From: Takakia lepidozioides
Lineage: Eukaryota; Plantae; Bryophyta
Length of the DNA stretch: 64,000 nucleotides
Direction: 5' to 3'
Assembly (NCBI GenBank): GCA_030704615.1
Contig: CM060732.1
Coordinates: 36,146,001 to 36,210,000 of the forward strand
Positions 25,449-36,692 of this stretch are shown here, piece by piece (the stretch's first letter is position 1; every line of letters begins with the position of its first letter). The notes below the pieces were generated by a model. That model was not told the DNA's origin. It saw nothing but the letters and a program-made list of their open reading frames with translations, and did no database searches. A program made the position numbers and the translations under genes.

Positions 25449-26390
25449 TCAGCACATGACAACATGGTGGACAATATTATTTGCTAATTCAATATTGAAA
25501 TCTTGCAGCGTGGACATTCGCAAGCATTGTAATGACATACCTAGTGGGCAAGGAAGCCACCCCATGTCCAAGTCCTCGCGATACCTCAACATTTCAGTAA
25601 ATTCAAGGATGGCTTTATCAACCCCCATTCCTGGTTGTCCCCCTCCACACCACAAGACCTCAAAAGTTGTACGATTAACAATGGCAAGGTCACGGATAGT
25701 CCTGCATCTGACTTGCTGCGTAAAAGCCTGCAGCGACTGTATGGCGCGGTCTTGGTCGTCTTTCCGTCTCTCCAGAAGGTCTGCCACAGAATCCAGCACC
25801 TCCCTTCGAGCCTGCTCGTATGGTGCCATGCAACCATATAGAAAGTATCCAATCTCAAGAAAATTATTGACTGCATTTGTAATGGCCACGTGACCCTCGG
25901 GTGTGTCTACAAATTGGTGGAGGAGGTCGCGCAACACAAAGTTCCTTGGTGTGGATAGGGGAATTGTCTTCTGAACGTGACACATCCAAATGAGACGCAA
26001 CACCCACATGAACTGCGGATGTTTTCGGAGGTGGTGCTGTGTCTCGACTTCCTGCCAAAATGGCCATGAACATGTGGGCTTCCTCCCGCGAATGTGTGAA
26101 CATATTATTTGAGAGCTCTGGATATCACTCGCTTTGATAATTTTGAAAAGTGGGGACCAGCCCCATTTACTCTCATGTATTTCGTCATTGACCTGTCTGT
26201 CCCATTTATGCAATCCAGCCTCCACAAACTGAGTTCTTGTACTCTCCAATGCAGCCTGAGCAGCAACCTCCTTCATGTCACAGTCCATGATGGCAGCCCT
26301 GTACTTGTGGTATTTGACAACATCATTGCACTCAGCGTATTGAGTTGCATAGTCAAGAGTAAAACCAGGACATATTGAAAAGCACGCCAA
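25449..26390 (-). CDS. Uncharacterised 313-aa open frame divergent from the transposase; possibly a transposon accessory gene
   Basis: Long uninterrupted frame amid decayed elements. No recognised motif and the true start is uncertain. Confidence 0.4.
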   Translation of the reverse strand: MACFSICPGFTLDYATQYAECNDVVKYHKYRAAIMDCDMKEVAAQAALESTRTQFVEAGLHKWDRQVNDEIHESKWGWSPLFKIIKASDIQSSQIICSHIRGRKPTCSWPFWQEVETQHHLRKHPQFMWVLRLIWMCHVQKTIPLSTPRNFVLRDLLHQFVDTPEGHVAITNAVNNFLEIGYFLYGCMAPYEQARREVLDSVADLLERRKDDQDRAIQSLQAFTQQVRCRTIRDLAIVNRTTFEVLWCGGGQPGMGVDKAILEFTEMLRYREDLDMGWLPCPLGMSLQCLRMSTLQDFNIELANNIVHHVVMC

Positions 26391-26897
26391 TGTCTTGCGA
26401 AGAAGTGCCTCCTCCTGCGGTGGTGCATCATGCTGCTACCACACCATGAAACAGATTTGTACTGACATTAGAACAGACCCCTCTCATAATGAAGGTCATG
26501 GACAGAAAAGCAATCCAAACAGGCACATTACAATGCATGAAAACAAAACCCATGCAAAACTTGTGATACCTAGCTCCACCTTCTTAGCGAATGCCCCCAC
26601 CCAGTAATTCACGGGCTTCGTATTGCACGACACAACCATGACAGTTCAGATAGATGTATTCTATACTTCGCCCTCATACTCCGATTTAATTCCAATTGTT
26701 TTTCATCCGTCCCAGTGTAGATCCAAACATTGAATTTATTTTTTCAAACCATATTGTTTTTCTCATTCAAAACCGTCGAAAAAGTTATACTTAAAGTTTC
26801 TCCTTTCGGTGGCACGACGCTCTTTCCTTCAGTTAATCTTCCGTCCTGTAATAGGATTTTACTGAACCTCCACTGCCCAGTGGACGTTACTAACTTC

Positions 26898-29800
26898 ATG
26901 GGGTTCCAAGTAGGCCAAAGGGTGTTTCTGTCGCTTCCTGGATCTCCTTCAGTTGTTGCCTCAGGAGATTGCCTGAATGTTTCTGGGGAAGGAACTTACC
27001 ACGGACACCATTTGTGTTCGTCCATCATTTCAGTTACCTTGATCTTTTGTGATGACGCATTCGGCTCATGTCCTCTGCCTTATCGACATATGGATGCTGA
27101 CACATTGAAGGAGGCGATTGGGACTCCAGTTGTGTGGGACGTGTCATGTGTTCACACGCATGAAACTGTGGATTCAACATCCCAGAGAAACCCAAGATGT
27201 CATTCCATCACAGAAGATAGTGATTATCAAGGACAAAGCACTGAAAGCAATGAAATTCCTTCCAACGGTGAGACTGAAGGGGATCTGCCTGTAGGTCTGG
27301 GGAGAGATTGTTGGAGAAACTTGTAGTGTCTTCTTCTTGGGGAGGACGGAAACGCCCTGTTCGAAGGCCGAATTCAGGCATGCATTCCTAACGAGATCAT
27401 TCTGAATGACAAACTCGGAGAGGACGATGTTGGAGTTATGGTCACCAGAACAATATCTGGAGAATCCGGTTCACTGATGCCGATTGTGAAATGGTCGTTA
27501 ACAAAAACAAGACTTCTTGAAAATGGCCGGATACTCTCCGTTAATCTCAAAAATTTCCTACGATCATGCAGTGACATGGAGAATGACGACCATGGTACAG
27601 GCGTAAAGAAAGCAACATACAGGTATTTTACTAGGAAGAAGAAACCATCCAATATGGAGGACTCAAAAAGTGCAAGAAAAATCTTACTTTGGATGAAGTG
27701 AGGTGGGTGAGCAGCAAACCTTGCTGCTTCAGTGCTGCCAGTATTTTGATTGGAGAAAAACCTTGGCAATTCGTACTGCATTTTGGGGTTCATCATTCGA
27801 TGAGAGAAGAGAACTTGGATTGAATGTTTCAAAACGACTTCACATTATGGATGGGTCATCGCGCAGGTCGTATGTTACGATAGAAGGTGTTGATGTTTGT
27901 GAGAAAGCAAGGTGGATAATACACGGAATTGGAAGGTCAGCGTACATGGAGTACAAAAAGCTCAGTAAAGAGGGTTGTTTGTCATCTTTCCACGGAAATC
28001 GTGGCGTCAAGCGGCCTCAACCAGGGACACTCCAGGCAGAGGGGAACATTATATCCATTATCAATGCCAATACTGACCTTATGTCTCACAAAACACGTTG
28101 CATTGGAGAGGGACGTCGGGATACTTTGAGAATTTTGCTACCCGAAATGAACTGGAAGAGAATTCGAGAGGAGTCCAACGAGGTGACTTTTATTCGTTGT
28201 CCCCTTTTCTTTTTTCAAAATACTGTGGCTGATTTTATTCTTTTTGATGCCATCATGCTTTCTTGTTCTTCCATTTTGTAGAACCTCCACTGTCCAGTGG
28301 ATGTTGACATTATTGGGGAGTTGGGGTGCAGACGAACAGACTGCTCGGTTTGAAAGGAGTCTCGCAGCCAGCTATAAGCCGTATACGGAATCGAATATTT
28401 CCTAACGTGGAGGTTCGGAAAACAGGAAGCACCTTTGCTAAGTGCACAAAATGCGAGATGTTGAAGGACTTGATCAAGAAGTCAATTAAGAGGATTTCCG
28501 AACAGGTCGCACATAAGCGGATGCTTGATTTGCACTTGAGGCATCAAGAGTCATGCAGAAGGCTGTACCATAGCTGGAGGAATGAGTCCGTTATGATTCC
28601 GGAGGAGTTCTTATGTATTATTCACGATAAGATTGATCATAGGAAAACGGTTATTCCGAGGCTACAGATGACGAACAAGATGGTCTCGGGATTGGATCAG
28701 TTGCCTGTCTCATTGACAGGAATGGTTACGCACGGACACGGTGATGGAGCTTACGCTCAATTTTCCCTTGAGTTCTGGAAAGACAATTCAAACTTCACAA
28801 TTGGGTCGCTGGCTCGGTGCCTGCGCCAACTGGAAAAGCCGACATGCCGGGAATCCAGGAACATTTTCGACACTGAGGTTCAAAATGATTTTTTTGAAAC
28901 GCTTATGAGAGACAATTCGAGATGTTTGGAGGCTCTGAAATCCTGCAGGCCGAACGATAAACGTGGTGCTCGACCACTTCCTAGACGACTTTATTTGCAG
29001 ATGGACAACTCCTCCAAGGACAATAAGAACAGATAGATGTTTGCTTTCCTATCCCTCCTCACTGCCAAAGATGTCTTTGAAGAGATCCAGCTTGGTTTTC
29101 TCATGGTCGGGCACACCCATGAGGATATTGACGGATTCTTTAGCTATCTCTCGAAGAAGCTAAATGAACGCAACACGTACATTCTTTCGGATTTGATGAG
29201 GTCATTTATGATCTCCCAAGATATGCAATTCATTCCTCAAATCATTCAGGAGGTTCCCGATTTCAAGAAGTTTGTTAAGGGTTGTATTCATGATGGAAAT
29301 GAGGCTTTGGTCGGGATCTCAGAGATGCACGTCTTTCGGTTTTTTAAGGATGCGGATGGCTAGCCCGTTATGAAGTACAAGAAGTCAGCTACAAACTCCA
29401 GCGTTAAGATGTGGAAGTCCAACCCTGATGGGACTCCAAATTTCCCTGAAGGAGACCCAGATGCCGTTCCAAGAAAACCGATATGGGGAGTCAGGGACGA
29501 CTCCTCAGAAAAACAGTCATTCATAAAAAATGGTATTAAGAAATACAAAGATTTTTGGATAAAATGAATGTTGCTTGACGATCATTACCGGGGTGTGATG
29601 GAACAATATGACCAATACTGGGGAAATATTCTCTCCAAACTTGATAAGCCAATGCAGGATATTCCGGATCGTATTCAGCTTCTTGAGGGATTTTGGCCGA
29701 AAACAAATTGGTCCTCAAACCATCGGAGGGATGGCATCTAGCCACAGATACTGAAAGATATAGAAGATGAGAATGAAGTTCCAGAACCTTACTGTGGCCC

Positions 29801-30944
29801 TAGGTGCGAGCGTCCAAGGATACCCTTGAATCCGTTCAAGGATATTGAGAAAGGGTTTTTTGTGTTCGTTCGTCCTCATGACCCAACGACGTGCCCGGTC
29901 TGGATAGGAATGACAATTTCAGATGTCATCCGAGAAAGAGAAGATCCTAATTTTAAGAAAGTGAAGGTGGAATTGTCGCGGCCCTTTGCCTTTAGGGCAG
30001 GGGGTCGGGACACATGAGGGGTTGCCCCTGTGGTGGGGGCAACGGCAGCGATAGGTATGGGGGGCTGAAGCACCCTTGAGTGCCCAAGGCACTCAAGGAG
30101 GCGGAGGCGCTCACTAGGTGGAGCCCCGCACACCGGGTTGCGGTGGGGGTGGCTCCACAAGGGGTGGTGGTAGCTTAGCGGGACTTAGTGGGGGTGGCAT
30201 AGGACTCACCATGGGGGCGGAGACCTCGTGGTGGGAGTCGTGGGGAGTCTTGGGACTCATCACGGTCCATAGGGGCCGTGGTGAGTGGGCCAAGACTCAC
30301 CGCGACTCATTACCGGGAGTCGAGGGTTTTCGTGGTGGTTCGCCATAAAATGGCATGGCTGGTTGTGAAACCCCCGCGGACAGCTACAGAAGTATATGTA
30401 GGGAGTAGTAACCCCGAGAACGGTGCAAGCCCGTTGGTGACCAAAAACTAGTGAGTAAGCGAGCGAGCCGGAAAGCGACCAAAGAGTGGGGAGCTGTTCC
30501 GGATTGCCAACTGCCAAAGGGAATTCCCGCTGGGCCCAAATCGGTGGAGGGTTCAGTGGGAGATCAAAGGGGGACCGTTATGCCCCGGTGAGCAGCCGAA
30601 GCTCCAAGTTGGCCCGGCGGCCAGGTTGGGAGTTAGGCGCGCGCATCAAAGTGAGTAACTATGACTTGAAGGGGAGCTTACCGAAGTGAGGTGCGCGACA
30701 GGAATGGTCGAGACCGAAGAAAGGAGGTAACCCCTCAGACTTTGAGAGGTACATGGACTATTGGTCAAAAGTTTGGGAGTACAACCCGTTAGATCCTGCT
30801 CAATGGATCCACGTGAACAATGTCGTGTGGACAATGTTGCCACGAAAAAATACGACAAGAAATAGCACCAAGAGAATTACAGCGGTGGAAGCAGTGAAGG
30901 CGCGCGCGAATTTGGAGGTGGCTAACCTTCAGCCAGATACCTGA
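26898..30944 (+). mobile_element. Decayed DNA transposase gene, Sola-like DDD family, with an N-terminal Tnp1/En-Spm-like domain; split near its 3' end by an insert
   Basis: FAKCTKC, LCIIHDKID, LTGMVTHGHG, LYLQMDNSSKDNKN and FLMVGHTHEDIDGFFSYLS. The N-terminal VVASG...HG..L...LP...TLKEAIGTPVVW resembles the CACTA Tnp1 domain. The C-terminus appears to resume at 30753. Element termini were not found. Confidence 0.8.
29990..30740. mobile_element. GC-rich insertion of unknown type interrupting the transposase
   Basis: Abrupt compositional change to G-rich sequence, with transposase-like coding sequence on both sides. Confidence 0.5.
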
Positions 30945-31319
30945 AGGTTTCCTTCTTGCGAACCACTTTCCATCCATGGACTAAATGTTGAGGTCATTTC
31001 CAGTCTTTTGTTTTAAGATAAAAAAATTTCTTTACGTTTTTTTCCCTTCGTGTTTGCGTTGGGTGATCATTCCTGTCTTTTTTTTCTGTTGCACTGAACC
31101 TCGAGTGGACAGTGGACGTTCATCTATTTTTTTTTTGCCATGTTGGACTCTGCACTGCTGTACATTCTGTTCATCTACATATATTCGTGACATGGGGGAT
31201 TCTGGCAGACAGTGCACCAAAAAATAAAATAAAATGCTGGCACAACCCCTGGATTCTTTCTTTTCCAATCCGGTCTAAATGTTTTTTTGCAATGTCTCGT
31301 TCTAGTGAGTGCGAGTCTA

Positions 31320-32110
31320 CCATATTTGTTTGTCCATTTATACCTTTACCATCACCATACCTTTACTAAATCCTTACCCTTTGTTTTACCCTTCCCTTAA
31401 CCCTTCCATAGGCTTAAGCTGGACACTTAATACCCTAAACCATTACTCTTACCATATACAAAAAACCTTTGTGTACTCCCATAAATCCAAACCCTAAACC
31501 CTTACCCTAGCCTTAATCCTTACCCTAAGCTTAAGCCTAACACTTACTACCTTAAACCATTACTCTTACCATATACCAAAAACCATGTTAGTGTACTACC
31601 CTACTTACACTCCAAACCAAGTTATTGTACTACCATGTGTGAGTCTTCTATATTTGTTTGTCCCTTTGAACTACCCTAAATCCAAACCCTAAATCCTTAC
31701 CCTTCCTTTTACCCTTCCCTTAATAATCCTTATCCCAAGCTTAAGCGTGACCCTTAACACCCTAAACCATTACTTTTACCATATACCCAAAACCTTAGTG
31801 TAGTACCTTACTTATAATAAACTCCAAACCTTATTGTACTACCATGTTACCTCTTGTAAAATTTGTATCATTCTCTTAATGTTTTCTTTAATTTTGTTGG
31901 ATAACGTATGATAGAATGATTACATGGATATCAAATTCCCCTTACATTTTTACATTCTACAGAGGTTCAGAGTCGTCCATATTTGTTTCTCTCTTTCTAT
32001 CCTAAACCCTTTAAAACCCTAAACCCTTCTCCGAGTCACCACAAACTTGGACCTTATTGCAGTTAATATATCTAGTTACACCCCAAACCTTATTTTACTA
32101 CCCTAGTAGG
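31320..32110. repeat. Degenerate tandem repeat rich in plant telomere-like CCCTAAA motifs
   Basis: The block gcttaagc...taaaccattactYttaccatata recurs near 31412, 31529 and 31739, with many accctaaacc motifs. Confidence 0.75.
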
Positions 32111-32576
32111 TCATCTTCCTAATGTTTCAAGCTATTTTAATATTTTACTACCCTTCTCACACCCAAAACATCATTTCCAATAGCATTGTCTATGAATATT
32201 GTGCTTGTCAACATGAAGATTCAATCAAAATTACTATCAACTTATATCAAGTATGGTAGAGTACTATGAGTCTATCCCATGTTCGATTCGACACATTTGT
32301 TTATCGTGATTACATAATGTAATATTACATCATTCGACTTCCCACTGGACATTCAATGAATTGTTCAGTTACACTGCAACTTCACAAGCACTTCAATATC
32401 AAATGGACATATTATATGTTACATTTTGAAGCAAGTACGACATCACTTGTAATTTCACAAAGTTCAATCACACATTACTATCCAAGATATTATTAACATT
32501 TGAATTAATTTTAATTAAAATATATATTAAGTTTGGTCGAAAAGTCGAGAATTAGTTAAAATAGGGTTTATCCAAG

Positions 32577-35500
32577 ACCTCCTCCCGGAATTCAGAACAG
32601 CACCAGCCCCCTCAATACTACAACTACTTAAAGCATCTCAAAACTCCGCAGTCTATACCCTCCGCCCCCCTCCCCAACCCCCCATCTCCACCACCGCACC
32701 TCCTTGTATATCACCGACATTACCTAACACACATCAACTATCACCCCCTATATCCCAATTGTCGCCCGCTCCACCACCGTACCTCCCCTACCAGACCTAG
32801 ACCACCCCGAGGCCTTCGTCATTCAAACTATCCTCGGCATCAAAACCCAAATATCACTTGACACCTTCGGAGCGATATGGGCTGATACATACTATTTGTG
32901 TAAATGGGAGGGATTCCCAGCAGAAGATAACACATGGCAAATTGAGTGACAATTTTTTTGGATCACATGACGACTGCGACGCGGTTCATAACCGCACTCT
33001 CCACATCAGATTCCACAAAACCACAAATACCACCTATCTAAGGCACGCCCACCAACATCATGTCTCGCAAACCCAACCCACTGACACCCGCTACATCCGC
33101 CAACCACTAGCCACTCTTAATATACAAATACACATCACCGAATGCAACCCAAACAAATATATTATGCCCGGCCACCCATTAATATGCCCCTGCACCTCAC
33201 AATCCAACATTTACACAATCAATGGTAGTTTTGCCGGATCCATTCCCAATGTCTGGCTTGCCTGGCTTTGGTATAAATACTCCACCTCTGACACACAGAA
33301 TAGCCAGCTACAGCCTCCAAAACAAGACTTTGCCACAGAGGTCAGCTGGCTTCTTAACCGATACCTTTGGCGATATCCCCGTGCTAAGAAGCCCCGTAAT
33401 CTCAACAAACTGGCGCAAGCCTACTCCCATACTACCCTCCCCTCAGACATCCTCAAACTCCTCATCGCATCATTTCAGTTGACTTACTCATATTACTCCA
33501 GCCCACTAATCTGCCCCATGGAGCTCTCCACATACAACAGCCCGGCCCACATCCACGGGACCGTATATTTGGTGCTTTAGGAACTGCTACCCAGCACACA
33601 TGGACAGGATGAGGCCTTGCTCACCCGCCCGCAGGGCCATTTGCACACGAGGCCCTTCAATGGGCCCGCCACGCTACATACTCCTCCCTTTCACTCAAAC
33701 CATCCTCATCCTAACTCTAAACAAAAAAATGCCTGACCAACACCCATCTACTTCTACAACTCCCTCCTGACGTTACTCATTTGGTGGCCATTGAACCCAA
33801 ACAACCTAAATACATACGCAACCCACCATTCTCTAATTACCTACGGCACGAAGAACCCACTCTAACCCTAATCCTCTTAGTCCACAACGCTTCCCACACC
33901 CATATACCTATAGACTTCTCTACCTACCTCAAAACTGTTACTGTCCGACACTCACAGCGTGGCTATCACATCCTTTCCAACACCACCTTTATACACGCCC
34001 CATCTCGATCCCCCTACAGACCAAAAACAAACAAAACATGGATTCCAACCCCTCTCCGCTCAATCCCGTTATTCAATATCATCCATGTTGGAGCACCTCC
34101 AATTCCTCTCGGCCCTACCTCTTTAAAATACCCCTCAACACATGCACACTACACAGATGGCTCCCAAGCTAGCTCCTGCGCCGGATATGGAGTCTACCAC
34201 GCGGCCACTAACACTGGTACAGCCCACCGACTTTCGGGCCCTGCTACCATACTACGTGCTGAATTTATGGCCATCTACGAAGCCCTCTCCAAGCTACACG
34301 CATTCCCCTCACCATACCACATTTTTACAGACAGCTTAACTTCGCTCTTTCTCCTGCGAAACCACATAGCCAGCCCATCCTCCCACCATCACCACCCAGA
34401 TCGTAATCTTATCTCAGCAATCATCACTTTAGCCATCTCAATCAACCAACCCATTCAATTTCTTAAAGTACGCTCACATATTGGAATCAACGGGAACAAG
34501 GAGGCTGACCTTCTTGCCCAACTAGGGTAAACCCCCAGTAGAATCCTCCACAGACCCCATCTACACTGCCCATACGTACCCTTTTTGGCTAATACATCCA
34601 ATTCCAAGCCCCTCCGAACCTAAACCTATTCGTAACCTCCGCTCTACTCTCTCTAAAGAAGCCAATAAACAAGCTGATACATCTTTTAGTCACACCAAAC
34701 AATATATCCAAAAATGGACACATTTCACAGTACTCCATCATAAACTGTCCAACCACTTCTGGCACACTAAGGCCGCTTTTGACGCACAAATCAAACAAAT
34801 ACTTTAGTTTAGATTCGCCTAGTATATGGGGCACCAACGTAAGCATACCTTCTGCCAAACCATTTTTACATCCCCACACTGCCCCCTCTGCTCTCATATA
34901 CATGCAGTACCTGACACTTGGCCACATATCCTAAGTAAATGTTCCCACTCAGTTTTGCATGGCTTTTGTATCGCCAGGCACAATCAAGCTGTATGGCACA
35001 TCCACAAACTATTACAACGACATAAAGAAACCAGATGGCTCTTATTCATTAATGCTGACACTTACCAAAATAGACCCCCAGACCATACAATATCATCCTA
35101 GCTATTACCCTGTATTTGTCAACCCTATGCTACATACACATGTCCCGCTAGGCTCTGCTCGGACATTCTCTTAGTTCAGGAACTTCCCACCAACGCCTTT
35201 CCACCCTCTCCTCCTACCCCACCACTAATCATACACTTCATCGAATTTACGTACTGCCACGACCACTTCCCGCACACCTCCATCCTCGAAAAACGCCAGA
35301 AATACGCTCCGCTTATCCTTGCTATTCGCCAATGACGGTGGGCCATGGGCCCACTCTCCGTCATGGGGGCATACACAATGACAGTATCTTAACACTTCAA
35401 GATAATTTTATAATCCCCACCACCTCCATCCACACATGCTTTAAAGACATCCACCTTACGGCACTTCGCTCTCTCACAGCCATCATAATCAATAAGCAGA

Positions 35501-35690
35501 AACTCGAATCCACCCCATCTCTGGTACCCCTGGGTACCCTAGGTACCCAGAGTTACCTCATACCCCGGTTACTTGGTGTCCCCTGGAGACCTGTCATATT
35601 TATATAGGACTCACCCTCGAAAAGGGCAGTAGCCACAAGGCGAAGTGGCTCTTAGTTATGCCGACCTCGGCTGGAGTCTTCTCTCGAGAT
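32577..35690 (+). mobile_element. 5'-truncated Dualen/RandI-like non-LTR retrotransposon (chromodomain, MTase-like domain, RNase H, zinc knuckle, restriction-like endonuclease)
   Basis: YYLCKWEGFPAEDNTWQ (32809-32949); RNase H motifs YTDGS, ILRAEFMAI, IFTDSLTSL and KVRSHIGINGNKEAD; CPLC...HILSKC...RH; RLCSDILL...FIEFTYCHD...KRQKY. The coding strand is strongly C/A-rich. No RT remains. Confidence 0.82.
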
Positions 35691-36692
35691 GCTCATAGGA
35701 CAAAAATAGGCCATAGAGGAATGCAAGGGTGATACAGTTGTGAGCAGTTTCTCCAAGCTGTGTGTATGTTTGAGAGTGAGGGGCAAGAAAGCAATCAGTA
35801 ACCGAAAAATTTCGTTCTAGGCTCACATCTCTCCTGGTTTCATGAGTTGATCCCTTCCATTGATAGCAACTTTGTTAGCTAAACTTTGGCATTTATGTTA
35901 GGTCCACCATCTTGACACTTGGTTGTTCATTTGGCTGGGACTGATGTGGGCCTGTGGCAATGGGTAGCTGGAGGTGACAATGACAACCTCATGGGCTGTT
36001 AAGGTACTTTGCACCTCTCATTTCAACTTTTCGACCAAATCTTACATGGGCTGCTATGCTGGTTTTCAAGGTGCCCATCAGAGTTGTGAATGTGTGTGAA
36101 GTGAGCAAAGGGAAATATGGAAACTTAATAACATCCATCGAGAGCCAAAGAGCTTGTGGGACAAGAAAATACAACAAACAAGAAGGCACTAGAAATCCAC
36201 GCCAAAATTGGTGCACCTAATCAAGGTATGCTATCAAGCAGAAACAACGGCAGAAATATCCTCTGCTGGAGGCCAAAAGGGCCCAAGGGACACCAAGAGA
36301 GAATTAATTCCCTCAAAGTCCAGTAGGGTGTATTGGTTCTTCACCTGCAAAGGCTGATGTCTGTATCAGTTATTGTGTTGGGATTGGCTTCGCCCTTTGA
36401 CATTTCACTCTCTGCAAATGATGTCACTGTTCTGTGGACAGGTCATTCAGAGACTCATGCTATAATATCCATCAGCAAATATCGGGGTATTACTTTCCTT
36501 TCTCTTTGTTAAGATATGAATTGCTATCAGGACTATTTTTGCTTTGAACTCACCTGCTTGCATTCAACAATCATGCTGCTCTTTGGAACTCTGGCATTGT
36601 CGACAAACTTATCAATTGGCTTCCTCTCACTCACCCCAGTAACTACGAGAATTACAGGAAAGCAGAACTTATTTCTCATCTCAGGGTTTCAG

